Below, in pieces: positions 1 to 13,869 of a stretch of 64,000 nucleotides of DNA. The notes beneath the pieces were generated by a model. The model made no database searches and was not told the origin of the DNA. It saw only the letters and a program-made list of their open reading frames with translations. Position 1 is the stretch's first letter. The number at the start of each line of letters is the position of its first letter. Source of the DNA: the human T2T-CHM13v2.0 reference genome, Homo sapiens; NCBI RefSeq assembly GCF_009914755.1, contig NC_060931.1, one strand, 5' to 3'. The position numbers and the translations under genes were made by a program.

Positions 1-1192
1 ACAGGAGCAGCAGGCACAGCCTCTGTGACAGACAGGAGCTCCCTGTCACCTGATGAGGAGGATTCAATGCTCCCTGCAGACACCTGAACATCGGACTGAG
101 TTCCCGCATGTGGACCTGCGTCTAGGCTCTTCTCTGACAAACGCCACCTTAGTCGGCAGCACTTTCTGGACTGACAGGGAAGTGTGCTGTTTGCTGCTTT
201 GGATCCTGCAGGACATGCTCCTCGGTCAGTTCCTACCTTTATCTTCTCATCTCTGGGCTCCAGGAAGCTCACACGGTGGCCCCTGTTTCAGGCCGTGCTG
301 GCAAAGGAGCTGAGGAAGCGAGGCCCAAGCAGAAGCTCAACTCGAGGAGAGAATGCAAGCCAAGGGGCGGGAGCTGCTGAGGCCACACAGCCACTTGCTA
401 TTTTTAAATCACATGTTACTAAGAGCAGACACCTAGTAAGCCCTGAACAAAAGCACAGAAAGGCACATTTTAATCAGAGCTCTTGGAAGGGCAGCTTGCA
501 ACAGGAAAGGCAGGTAGTGAAGGGAAGTGAAGGGGGAAAGAAACATTACTGGAGGGAACAGGAATGTGTTGCTTTTCTGTTCAGATCCCAAAGGGTCTTT
601 TTCTTCAAAAATAAGAATATCTTGTTTATACATGTAATACACAGTCTTCCAGACCAATAATGGAAAAATATCAAATTAAGGAAATGAAATAAACCTTGAA
701 GCAGGACAGGGTAGAAAGAGAGAGATCATTTAGCACAAAGAAATCAGAAGAGGTGAGAGTAATTTTGTATGTCTAGGTAGCTACAGTAGAAAACCTACAT
801 TTCATTAAAAGAGCTCAGTCTCTGTTAGCTTACTAACTGGCACGCTGAAATGAAATGCAGGGACAGGCAGAGTAGGGAGAAGGCGGCTGCCACCTGGGAT
901 TTCCGGTGAGACAAAATGAAATCAGATTATCAAATATAGGAGTAAAATCTCTACAACAAGTTTGCAACCTAGATGTTCCCTCCTCAATGCATTCCGCATG
1001 GTGAGTTACACTCACAAAACAGAGGTGTTGTTTGAAATATATTTTCTGCAGGGGAAGGAAAGAAAACAACCTCTAACAAAATAGGACACCACCTTGAGTC
1101 AACATATTTGTAAGGAATATCTGTTTTGGAGAATCTTAGCACTTTACCCAGGTGAAATGAAATGTAGAATATACTAGAAATGTACTTTTTAG

Positions 1193-1565
<373 letters not shown>

Positions 1566-2519
1566 TGATGTTGAAGATGCTTCAGAAATGACTAGTCACT
1601 CTCACATGACTATACCACTGCTGCATGAGGCATAGGTACCTTCCCTGTCCTGCACACCACAACGCACCACAACTGACACGTCGTGGGCCCTCCACAGACA
1701 CCTGTGGATGGAATGAATGAAGTGCAGCCATCACCATCCCCGGGACAGCACCCTGCACACTGGCCATGTGTCCAGAGGCCAGGCCGGCAGCAGTGTGCAA
1801 TGGCAGCCCGCCAGCCTCTCCTGCATCCCCACCGCCTGAGGCCCCCAGCAGCAGGGCGAGCTGGGCTGGATGTGAGTCTCCTGTACCTGCACTGCCTTCT
1901 CCACCAAGGCAGCAGAAACCACAGTGGGCTTCAGAGATCAAAAATAATGTACCCCTCAAGGTTAACTCTAGGGCAGCTGTGCCTCCTGCAGGTCAAGCAC
2001 TTCCAGTAGGGGTGTAGCCGCCGTCTCTTGCTTGCAGCAGACCTCTCCTTGAGCAAGACTGGATGGAGTAGAATATAGCTAAGCAATTTCTACTCATTCC
2101 CCTTTAAGAAAAATGCTTCATGACCCCAACTTGATGGACAGTGGAGAAGACAGCTTTGGAGAAGACAGTTTTTGAGTATTAAATATCTGGACCGGTGAGG
2201 GTATTGGACAAGCCACCCCATGTGTGCTGGCTGGCCCCAAAAAAACAACTTTCTCCTTGGCACCACACTGGGTTCACTGCTGTGTCAGGACACTGTCGTC
2301 CCTCGCATGTGCAGGGAAGTGGCACACTGAGTCTATAGCACTAATCTCATGAGCATATGTAACAGAGAGGTGAGCTGGCCTTGGGTAGGTTATGTTCTTA
2401 TGGGACTTCTGCACTGGCCGTGTGCAAGTCCTGTGCCTCAAACCTGGCAGGTCAGAATTCGCAGTCACGTCTTACAGAGGAAGCAGCTGACAATGTCACA
2501 GAGCTGGTAAACAACAGAG

Positions 2520-2655
2520 TGGAGGGATGGGAAGGCTGGTGCTAGGCAGAGGTGGGGACCGCACATGCAGGGAAAGTGCTTCATGCTACTGCACGGGTCA
2601 CTTTAAAACGGTTAATTCTGTTCTTTGAATTTCACCTCAATTAAATAAAAAAGTA
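2520..2655 (+). mobile_element. Short old L1M 3'-end fragment
   Basis: L1 3'-terminal-like ...CACTTTAAAACGGTTAATT...TGAATTTCACCTCAATTAAATAAAAAA; AACAGAG on both flanks. Confidence 0.5.
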
Positions 2656-2949
2656 ACAGAGCAAATATGTGAACTCTGCACGAACATGATTGCAAACATC
2701 AGGTGCTACACACTGGGCCAGGCAGCAGGGTTATGGAATGCACAGGCCACGGCCCCATACTGAAGCACTCGCCGCGTGGTGGTTTGCTGGTGTTGTCAGC
2801 ATTCTCTCACAGCCAAAACAGCAGGGGAGGAACAAACTTTTATGGGGACAGGGAACTGAGTCAGAAGAGGCTGAGAGAACTGGGGAATGATCAAAGGTCC
2901 CCTACATGGGTTGGCGCTGCTGACTGCATGGTGGGAACTGCAAGGAAAT

Positions 2950-3300
2950 GCATCCACTCAACATCAAGGATGGCCGCTGTGTGCCAGGCACTATCCTACG
3001 CTTGTTGGGAAGCCAAGTATTTATAACTTGTTGCCCTCATGAGATTCACAATAAAGAAGGAAGATAAAGCCAGACGCTCTCTTGAAAGTCTACTGTTAAA
3101 AGGGCATTGTTCCTGATGGTTTTAAGCAAAAAAGTGACATGGAAATTTACAAAGACGTGAGAACTGGACAGGAGAAGAGGCTGAAAGGAGACTAGCTAGA
3201 AAGTTTCGGCAATGGTTCAGAGGGACATTCACAGATGTGGATTCGGGTGAGGACACTGGGAACAGAGGGGAGAAACAGAAAGACCAGAGGCAGAACAGAG
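2950..3300 (-). mobile_element. L2 remnant
   Basis: Antisense L2-like phrases TGTGCCAGGCACTAT and GGTTTTAAGCAAAAAAGTGACATG. Confidence 0.45.
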
Positions 3301-4141
3301 AAGACTAGTGGGTGGGGCTGGGGTTTCCTGGCATCATGAGATCCGAAGACCTTAATTTACGTACAGGGCACAGGACAATGCCGGGGCCTGGAGTAAGTAC
3401 TCAATAACTGTTACCTGCTGGTACTCTCACGCTGAACTTCGTGTTCTCATGGTGACTTCACTTTTCCATTTTTCTGGACAGTGCACCTAGGGAGCTCTGG
3501 ATCCTTCTCCCCACCATTGGAAGAGAAAAGCGCGAAAGGAAACTGGGCCACAGGACTGAGTGACAAAAGCAGGGCTTGTCTTTTGTATCCCCTGTCTCCA
3601 GTTCAATGCAATGCAAAACACTTTCAAAATATGCAGGGAACAAGTGAATGGATAAAGAACAAATGAACAAGTCAATACAAGAACAGCAATGACCTCTGAC
3701 GCCCAAGCTCTGACAAAGCTGATCTATAAAACAATTGGAGAAATAGGGTTTTAAGGAAGAGCACACAGGAGGAGGCGAAAGGTCCACATTTGCGCAAAAA
3801 GCTAAACAAGGAAATAGGCGTACTGATGAAAATTCATTATGCTGAGAAGAACCAAAATATTTTCTCTTCCTGTTATCCCACAACCACTTCTCTTCAACCT
3901 GACAACTCTGTAATTAGAGCCCAAGTCCTTATGCTGCTGTTTTATTTTCCAAGTGGGGTCTGTCTTTCTGCAGCTGCAGAGGCTTCCTTCCAGGGCCCCC
4001 ACGCCATGGGGCACACTGACTCCTGCTTGTCAGTATGAAACCAAGATGACGAACATGGCCAGCTTCCGTGTGCTTTACCCGCACTCACAGATACACAGCC
4101 CTTCCCTCCTACACTGGGCTCCTCAAGAATGACAGGTAAGA

Positions 4142-4438
4142 GGCTGGGCGAGGTGACTCACGCCTCTAATCCCAGCACTTTGGGAGGCCAAGGCAGGCAG
4201 ATTGCTTGAGGATAGGAGTTCGAGACCAGCCTGGCCAACATGGTGAAACCCCATATCTACTAGAAATAGAAAAATTAGCTGGGCGTGGTGGCACACGCCT
4301 GTAATCTCAGCTACTAGGGAGGCTGAGGCACAAGAATTGCTTGAACTCAGGAGGCAGGGACTGCAGTGAGCCGAGATTGCACCACTGCACTCCAGCCTGG
4401 TGATACAGCAGGACTCCACCTCAAATAATAATAATAAT
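4142..4438 (+). mobile_element. Alu (AluS/J-like) with (AAT)n tail
   Basis: Full dimer; perfect 14-bp TSD AATGACAGGTAAGA at 4128-4141 and 4439-4452. Confidence 0.95.
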
Positions 4439-5367
4439 AATGACAGGTAAGAAAAATGTATGTTCTGGCAGATTAAAAAAATAACGCGTTTTCCTATTAT
4501 TATATATCTCCTATCCAATTACCCTATATGCTAGAATATATAGTGTTTCTGCTAGACTACAATATATATGCCTGAGGAATCTCAGGTTTTACAAAATTCA
4601 ATACTAAAAATAATAGAGCTTTCGGGAAAATTTGGTTAGGGCATTCGACTCAATACCTAAGGAACTTCAAAACAGAATCAAAAACAGTGACTGATAACCT
4701 GGAGAGTTAATGTGGTCACTGAGGCAGGTGGCTCCACAGGGCTGGTGGCTACCACAGCAGATATTACAAACACACGAAAACGACAGGAAGAAAATGCAGC
4801 AATGCCCTCATTACAGAAAGACTGGCAGACACTGAGGGGGCACTGGAAGGATTATAACCCATTCTGAGCCAAGAGCCATGAGAGGCTGTGACAGCAGCTC
4901 TCTGGCGAGGAGGCCTCAGAGACAGGCGATCATTGTGATTTCCTACACATACGCACAGACACACACACACTGTCACAGTGGCTCCGCTGAGGACTGTTTC
5001 TTGTCCTGCTCAAGCTCATAAGTCTGCTCCTATGATCCTTTCTCTCTTTGCCTAGGAAAATGTGTATAAGCCAACATAACTTTTGCCTTCCACAGACATC
5101 TCGCCCCCTTTAAACCCTCACATGTGAGCTCACCTGCATCACAGAACAGGGCACAGAATTTCAGGCTGTCCTCAACGTAACTGGTCTGAGTGGGCCAGAC
5201 ACCACGGTGAGGTCACCTGCTCATCCCCCAGTGAGGCAAGCCTGGCACCGCAGCAGAGGCTGGGCCACGCCGGGCTTTCCCCATCCCACACCCAGAACTT
5301 TAGCAAGACAATTCCCAGAGAAAGGTATGGCCACAGAATGAAACCACAGAAAGGTGCAAATACTTAC

Positions 5368-5426
5368 ATATAATAGGTTGGATAGAGTCCTTCGAAATAC
5401 CAGCAATGCTTTTTGGCTTCTGTGCA
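5368..5426 (-). CDS. VOPP1: VOPP1 coding exon 2 (CTEAKKHCWYFEGLYPTYY + 2 nt; start of the Cys-rich WBP1/Shisa-like luminal region)
   Basis: Acceptor TTTTTCTTGCTTCTATTTGCAG| (AG 5428-5427); branch-point-like TACTGAC (A at 5454); donor TAT|GTAAGT (GT 5367-5366); 59 nt; translation matches recalled VOPP1 residues 19-38. Confidence 0.97.
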
Positions 5427-6026
5427 CTGCAAATAGAAGCAAGAAAAAGTTTGTCAGTACTCAGGAATCTGCATGTTGTTGAGAAGCTCTCACAAAGGCA
5501 GAAAGAAGGATGAGAAGACACAGCTTAACCCATGAAAAGCTGGGATATCGGGGCAGACAATGCATTACAGGGAGAGCCGCCCCCTTTCTCATGACTTTCT
5601 ATTTCTTTAAAACATCTATTTTTCTATTTTTTCATAGCCTTTCATATCTCTATATACACTGAGTGTCAGCATTTTATTAAAAAGGTAAATTAAAGACAAT
5701 CCACTGTTTAAAATGTACTTGGTATGATACTTCAGATTACAAAAGAATGCTAGAAATAAAGCACTGCAAAGATTGCCACTGCCCCCCAATTTCTGTTTTA
5801 GAGAGACATCTCCAATAGATTTAGCATTTCTAGAGCTGTATATTTCAGAATATGCTAAAGCCGCATTCCGACCTACGTCTGCAAGATGCTGCGAGTCACG
5901 GTTCACTCGTTGCCCTCTCACGTGCAGGAAGAGAAAGAAGGAACAAGGAAAGACAATGGGAGCCTCTCCTGGGCTTTCCAGGTAAGTCCAGCTCCTAACA
6001 TCCCGGAGGCAGGGCCCAGCCCCACA

Positions 6027-6058
6027 GGGCAGGGCAGGGCAGGGCAGGGCAGGGTGGG
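6027..6058 (+). repeat. (GGGCA)n pentamer repeat, G-quadruplex-capable
   Basis: Seven GGG tracts with 1-2 nt loops. Confidence 0.85.
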
Positions 6059-7613
6059 TGAGTGCACACAGGCATCGGAGCAGGGGCCAGATGCCACCTG
6101 GAGGCTCTCACAAACCTCCAGCAAGTGAGGCAGGCCAGCATCCCCACTGCTCAGGGAGCTCTCTATGCAGAGATGCTCTTCCCATCTGAACAAGGCTTTT
6201 CTAAAATTATTCCATTCGTGCTGTCATTTTTGTTTTACATTCACAACGTCCTACTTCCATGATCTAGTTTATTGGCCCCCATGTGTAAATAAAACCTTCA
6301 AAACATTATGGTGCAAAGCTCCCAGCAGCAGGAACACTGGCAAAGGGACGGCAAACAAAGCTTTCTTTGGGTGAGGCAGGGCCGTCCTGCCCAAAGCCCC
6401 TCCTCCGGTGGGAGGGTGGCTGGATCAGCTCCCTCCTAGCCTGTCCGCAGCCCCAGCAGGTGTACAGCAATGCCCTCCTGCCACGATTGCCCTGCAGCTG
6501 GAATGGAGTTAGAGACAGGCCCCACATCTACAGTGGCATGCCATGGGAGAGGTGAGTGCCAACGTCACGCCAGTGACATTCGATGGGTTATGAAAATGAC
6601 ATGAACCCCTGGATTTTGGAGAATGTGCTTTAAGACACTCAGAAGCATACTCAGGCAGCCTGGAGTGACCTAGTTTTATTAACGGAAAATGAGTTTTATT
6701 TAGACTAGGTTAGCTCCTGTCCAGTTTAAGAAATGAAGCTCAGACAGCTGACGAAATCAATTTATTTTGGCACAGAAGAGCAATTTCAGGTCTCTGCCCC
6801 AAATTATAATTCATTTCACTAGAGTCTTCTGTGATAAACAGAGAAACCAGGTCTGCCTTCCATGTGTCACTTTAAACAGGTCTCCCTTATTCTCCATCAC
6901 CGCCACCGACAGCCAAACATTCCTGGAACCTGACACTTAAGTTCCACACAATCAAGAGGTGAGGCCAGGGAACATCAGAACACAAGCCTGAAGCTCCCCA
7001 CCTGCCTGGGGCCTGGCTGCTCCAGGGCTGCTCCGCAGAGACAGGCCACAGCCACGCAGCGAGAGCCAGGTGCAAAGGGCTGGCACTGGAAATAAGGACA
7101 GGCTCTGGCCTCCATAGCGCCCTTTTCTGCAATTCCTCTTGGTCTAAAGCATTCCCAGATCCAAAGCAGCCACTTGATACTCTGGCAGCACATCTCCATC
7201 ACTAATGCACTGCATTTCAGAAAGGACTTTTTCTTCCAATCAGACAAAATAATGCCACACTTCTGAATGAACATTGTCTCTGGGATACAGGTATATGAGG
7301 AATACCACTTCACAAATTAAGGCACCAGGGCCCTTGGTGGGTGTCTTCTTCTGGGTCACACAGCTTCTTTGTGGTGGCAAAACAGAGAGCCCCCAGCACA
7401 GTGTCTTCTGGACTCACGAGAGCTCCCCTGAGGAACCCACTCTGCCCACCTCCAGCAAGAACAAAGGCCTCTGAAAACTGGTGTGAGATGATCCCCAAGA
7501 TACAGTGTTAGTGAAAAAGCATAGGCAAAAACAAAAACATACGTCCAGTATGCCATCCTTGATGCAAAAGGAAACGTGTACATTTGGCCTGCTTTACACA
7601 AAAAGAATCACAG

Positions 7614-7696
7614 TTTGCACACATCAAAACATCACAGGTATCCCATAAATATGTACAATTATTACATACCAATACATTTTTTTTTCCAAAAAAAAA
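7614..7696 (+). mobile_element. Severely 5'-truncated L1MA 3' end
   Basis: ATCAAAACATCACAGGTATCCCATAAATATGTACAATTATTA plus A-rich tail; AATCACAG duplicated on both sides. Confidence 0.65.
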
Positions 7697-7716
7697 ATCA
7701 CAGGAAGGACAGAGTA

Positions 7717-8095
7717 TGTGAAAGTTGATCATAAGAACTGGGTCATTCTTGTCATACCCAACTAACAGAGTCGAGGCCAGAGGGGCAAAGCACTCAGGTC
7801 ATTCTCGGCAAGCCTGGCTGCTGAAACTGCCTGCCCTGACTCTCAGACTAGCTTACCCAGCCCCATCACATACCAGTGAGAGCTTGCACACCAATGAGAG
7901 CTTGCCAGCTCCCCAAAACTTTACTTAGTGCCAATGAACAACTCTCTTTCAAAACAATCCCTTACATTTCTCCTTTTTATAAAACTTCCAAACTTCTCTT
8001 TGTTCTTCACACATACTGAAGACCACCCAGTACATGGCCCAGACTGCAATGCTCACTTCCTAAACAAAATGTTTTAAATTTAGAGATCTGTCTCT
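7717..8095 (+). mobile_element. ERV1 (MER4-group, MER65-like) LTR, 3' end truncated
   Basis: Starts TGTGAAAGTTGATCATAAGAACTGGGTCATTCTTGTCATACCCAAC; LTR-like CCAAT and TATAAAA elements. Confidence 0.6.
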
Positions 8096-9504
8096 GTAAA
8101 AGCTAATGAAAATGCTTACCCGTGGAGGGTGGGTGGGGTGAAGTGGAAAAGACAAGGACAAGAGCAAAATTCTTCTGAGTATATCTTTTTATGTAGTTTG
8201 ACTTTTGAAATGTTTTTTCAGATAATAAAGTAGAAAGTATTTTTTAAAACCACTTCTCAGACTGAAAAGATTATAAAAGACTATCATGACATGATCACAC
8301 ATGTCCCCTTTAGGCCAGGGGCAACTAAGCAGGGTAGATGCCTGTGAGGTCAGTGCTCACAGGAGACTCACACAGACACTCACTCTTCTGGGAGCCCTTC
8401 CTGGGGCCCTCCCAGGTGAAGGGCACCATTTCCATCCTACTCTTCTTCCCGCATTTTTCTGGCATATTCCCTAACTTCAGAGCTGCCTACTTGTTGGTTA
8501 CCCTTGCTCAGTTACTTGCTAATAACCTTTTATCATTTCTCACTAAGCTACCCAAATGAATCATATTTTGAAAAATTTAACCCGTTTGTTCCTTTACAAA
8601 AACTATTCTTAAGAAAATATTAAGGCTACATTTCTTGAAACAGAAAGCACCTTTAAACAGAGTTACCTTGCATTAAAGTGTAGCTCCATTTTGTTGCTGC
8701 TGAAATTAGTGTGTTTGAAATTTGCTAATATCCTGGAAACTGCTTCACTGTTTTTGGTAGCTGGACTTTTGTAGCAGCTTTCTCCTGAGGAATGCCAACA
8801 TCGTAATACTACACACATGTACTAACTCACTACAGTTAATGCATGGCATGATTCCATTTGACAGCCAGATAATATGAAGAATGCAAAGTCACAGGTCTCA
8901 TTATTCAACTGAAAAACGCCAAAATGAGGACACAGAAGTCCTGATAATTGTTGTTGTTGAGGCTTTCCTTCAATAAATGCTTGCTAACTGAACACCAGGT
9001 GTCAGAGTCAGCTTGCCCAATTGAGGAGGACGCAGCCTCGTGATGGGAATGGAGACCAGGAGGTGGAGAGGCACACGCCTGCCTGAGGAGCCCAGGGTTG
9101 AGAGCCGGGTGCTGCCAAGTTGAAGTCTGATGAGAAAGGCAGTCTCTGCCTACCAAGTCCAAGCTCCAAATCCAGCACCAGCACCAGGACTCAGGACAAA
9201 GCCAGACAGCTAGAGCTGTGGTCAAAGGGGAGTTTGCCAGGGACAAATAAGAGGGATCTTCAGAGTACTCCCAATCACCAGCAGGCACGCAGATATGGCC
9301 TCACAAGCAAGCGGGAGGAGGCAGAAAGAAGGCCCCGTGCTGGGTCACGTGGAAGCACCAGAGTCGACGGGCAAAGGGGAACCCACAGGGAAAGGAGGAG
9401 CCAAAGAACCAGAGCTCTGGGTTCTGACCCTGACTGCAACCTGCCAGCCACACCGCCAGCCAGTCTGGGTCTCACTCTCCTCGTTTGTAAGAGTACGGAC
9501 TCTC

Positions 9505-9797
9505 GGCCGGGCGCGGTGGCTCAAGCCTGTAATCCCAGCACTTTGGGAGGCCGAGGTGGGTGGATCACGAGTCAGGAGATCGAGACTATCCTGCCTAACA
9601 CAGTGAAACCCGTCTGTACTAAAAGTACAAAAAAATTAGCCGGGCGTGGTGGTGGGCGCCTGTAGTCCCAGCTACTCAGGAGACTGAGTCAGGAGAATGG
9701 CGTGAACTCGGGAGGCGGAGCTTGCAGTGAGCCGAGATTGCGCCACTGAACTCCAGCCTGGGCGACAGAGCGAGACTCCGTCTCCAAAAAAAAAAAA
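9505..9797 (+). mobile_element. AluY
   Basis: Diagnostic GGAGAATGGCGTGAAC and GCGGAGCTTGCAGTGAG; 16-bp TSD AAGAGTAC(G/A)GACTCTC at 9489-9504 and 9798-9813. Confidence 0.95.
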
Positions 9798-11989
9798 AAG
9801 AGTACAGACTCTCTTCCCTGCTTTATGAAGAAAATGAGATTGCATCAAAATGCCTGGCCAAACTAGGGCATCGTTTCCTGATCCCACACCAGCTAGCACC
9901 TCTGTCCCTAATTGTGTCTTCTCTGGAACAAACAACTTCCAAGGTTCATCTTACGTGGTACTCGATCATCTAGGCAGAAGCAATGCTACCAAACCTCTCG
10001 AGAACAAAGGTTCTAAATATGTAATCCTTACATGTGTACGGTATTTAGTTTTCCAAAATCTCCCTAAAAGGAAAAAACCTCTCTTAAAAAAAAAAAAAAA
10101 AAAAAAACCTTAAAATGTATGGAAACTAAGGGGGAAAAAAGTGAATTTCCAGGTTTTATGCCCACTCTGAAAAGTCAGTCTACCCACATTTTGCGAAGAT
10201 ACTACTACCATGATTTCTTAAGGATCAACCATCTCTGGAAACAGAAATTATGTGTGTGAGGAGAGGTCAACTGCTTTCTGTTACCTAGCAGGCATCCTCA
10301 GTTTTCAGGATGTTGTCCTGGGCTCTGGGAAAACAGCAGCCCTGCATGAGCACCTGTGGGATATTCCCTCTGTGTGCAGAGCAGAGACAATACGCAGAGC
10401 CACATGCTTCTTGAAGAGCTCATGAAAACAGTAACATACAACTTACAAACTATGAACACGGCAGAGGGTGTGGGCTCACAAGGAAACCTTCAGGAGCAAC
10501 TCCCTTGAGGGGATCAACAGTTCACACTGGAGAGGCCTGAAAGACGTCTCTGCTCAAGGAGGACTCTGGACGCCCGTGGTTCAAGGACTAGGGTATCTAT
10601 ATATGTAGTTAAGCCATCCCAAATATAGTTATCCCTATTTAGGCAGGATCTAAATAAGCCCCAGAGAATAAACCCTTGCTGATCTCCACTAGTAATCCTC
10701 ATAGTGACATAAATTACTCCTCCATGTGCGCTGAGTGAGGAAGGACGCAGGACAACACTGATGTTGAGTGCTTCTCCCTTTTCTATCCCAGGCTAAAACA
10801 GAGCCGCACCACAGGCAGGCACAGCTGACTTGGCAGGAACTGAAGCTCGTGACTCTGGGACATGAGGGAGTGGACAGCAGGGTCAAGGATCCAAAACAAC
10901 ATGGATTTTACCTAAATTCCACCTGTTCTGCTTTTCTTAAGTTCAGGGGATAAGGTGAGATCTTTAGATAAATAGCAGACAAACTTGCAAACCAGCAGCT
11001 CACTGACAGGACTTGTCTCACTGACCTCTGGAAAGTAAGGATCCTTATGTTACTTATCACGGCAACGGCTTTGGCCAACAGTCTGTCCCGGGCCAGAAGT
11101 CCAGGGTTTGCTTCAGGATGGTGGGACGGCCCCAAAGAAGATCAGCCCAAGGACTCCATCTTTTTCAAAAGGGAGGGGCCCCCTGCTGTGCCTCACACTG
11201 CTTCTGCATTCATCAAAAGCAGAACTTGACACACAGGCAATGAGATCCCAGCTGCTTTCAGCTTGAGCCCAATTAGAGTGGGCTCGTTACACTCCGCACA
11301 GGCTGAGAACAAAGGGAGCCTCATGGGTGCTGGCAGGCTTGATGCTCAGGACCAGGGACAGAAGCAGAGGGCAGGGGGTAGCCTGCTCAATGCAGAGAGA
11401 AAATCTATGCAGGGAATGACAAGCAATTATCTCAAGGTCTCTGAATTTCAATTAATAAATAGGACCGACCATGCTTTAAATTCCTGTACTGGAATTTCAA
11501 TCAGTTCCCTAAATGCTAATTACTTAATCCCCAGGTTTATGCACATTTTGTTTCTCAGGAATGTCTTATCTCCAAGAAACCTTGATTTTTTTAGAGATGA
11601 GAGTATGAGGCTTCTCACAAGCACCATTTCTTAGAGGGAAGAAAGCAGATAAACCCTTAAGAAAATAACAGAAATAAAAGATACCCCTGTCTTATAGAAG
11701 AAACCACACCTGAAATTCACACACAGCCAGCAAATAACGATCAGAGATGAGATCCGGGGATGCAGGCTGTAAACCTTAAACGAAGCCCAACCACAGATCC
11801 CCAGGGAAATTCTGTCAACTCTCCTAGACTCTGAACAGCTGGTCTGCTTTACCTGCTTTCGTGTTCAGCAGAAGGACAGGGGAGGAGACCTCCTCATGGA
11901 CCCTCATTCCAGTAGGTAAAAAGCCTCATCCCCAGCAGGTGACAATTAATCAGTAACCAAACTTAAAAGGTAGAAGCAGAGGAAACTAC

Positions 11990-12720
11990 CCAAATAGGGC
12001 TGATATCTTTATCAATAAAGACTTACATGATTCAATGAGAAAAAGAAAAATTCCAACAGGAAAAATAAAGTGATAGATATGAGAATTTTTCAAAGAAACA
12101 CAAAAGGCCAATAAACCTATTTTAAGAGACAATATTCATTAATAACCAAATATAAATTACAATAGTATGGTTTTTAACCCATCAAATTAGTAATAAAAAA
12201 ATCCCAGAGTACCCTTTGCAGACAAGAGCATAAGGGAAAAAAAAATCACATAATTGTTGGGAAAATAAAATGCCTCAAGAAGACAATTTTTCAATATATA
12301 TCAAAAATCTTTAAAATGTATGTAATTTCAGCAAGTTTAAACAATTGAGAACAAATGTTATTTAAAAAACTAGAAATAACCAACATTTTCAAAATGGGTT
12401 TTGCTAACAAAATTATAAGACATCCAAAAGATGTATTTGTAGGTATTTACTATCAGAATGTAGACAAACATAATGAGGAATATTTTGCTAAGAAAAAAAG
12501 GTCAATAAAATAGTACATCTAGAATTGTATTTTTTGTTATACATTATAGGAAACAGAAAATAATATGGAAAGCCATGTACCGAAATACTGACAACTAATT
12601 ATGTTTCAGTTGGTACTAGAGATGATTGTTTTCCACTATACATTTTGTTAGTCTCCAAGTTTCCTGTATGGAACCTGTACATTTTATTTTTAAATCTCTA
12701 TTCAATTTTACTTTAAAATG
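11990..12720 (+). mobile_element. Old L1M (L1ME-like) remnant
   Basis: Highly diverged A-rich sequence following the order of L1 ORF2 3' end and 3'UTR motifs. Confidence 0.55.
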
Positions 12721-12775
12721 CAGACCACTTAGTACCCAAAAAAGAAGTGAAAACTGGATATGAAAAGATATTTAA

Positions 12776-12990
12776 ACCAGCCTGGTCAACATGGTAAAAC
12801 CCCATCTGTACTAAAAATACAAAAATTAGCTGGGCGTGGTGGCGCATGCCTGTAATCCCAGCTACTCGGGAGGCTGAGGCAGGAAAAATCACTTGAACCC
12901 GGGAGGCGGAGGTTGCAGTGAGCTGAGATCGCACTACTGCACTCCGGCCTGGGCAACAGAGCAAGCTCTGTCTCAAAAAAAAAAAAGAAA
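12776..12990 (+). mobile_element. 5'-truncated AluS
   Basis: Begins at ACCAGCCTGGTCAACATGG; complete right arm and A tail; ATATTTAAA on both flanks. Confidence 0.92.
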
Positions 12991-13387
12991 AATATTTAAA
13001 ATAAGAAAATATAACTGTTAACAAGAAAGAACATTCTCCAGCTAGGAATGAAATAAAAATAATAAAGTTTGTGAAATAATATACAAGGCTAGAAAGGGTG
13101 TACTCAAACAAATACAGAGTCAGCAATTAAAGCTGCATTCATAGAAAGTTTATCATGGAAAATGTTTATGTCATAGTTAATTTAAGACACATTATATATA
13201 TTTAATTTCAACAATGTAAAAATAAACATATTCATAGGAGAAAGAATGTAACAGCATAAGCCTAAATTCACAGTGTTATATTTGGATGGTGTGATTTCTT
13301 TTTAAAATATCTCCCTACTGAAGCCTTCAATTCTGATGATAGAGGCTGTTGTGGCAAGAGACAAGGGACACATAAGAGTCCTCAATG

Positions 13388-13683
<296 letters not shown>

Positions 13684-13869
13684 TCAATGAGTGCAAAAGA
13701 CTGGATTCGCTGCAAGACCCAACACACATGTGCACCCAGGAGCTCCTACTCATGCCTGCTGAACAAAAGCGTTCTGAAAACTATGCTATCTTTTAAAACA
13801 TAATTATCAATATAAATCACAATTCATGATACTTGAAGGATCAGGTGATCCAAGTTCTAGCTCAATTTA

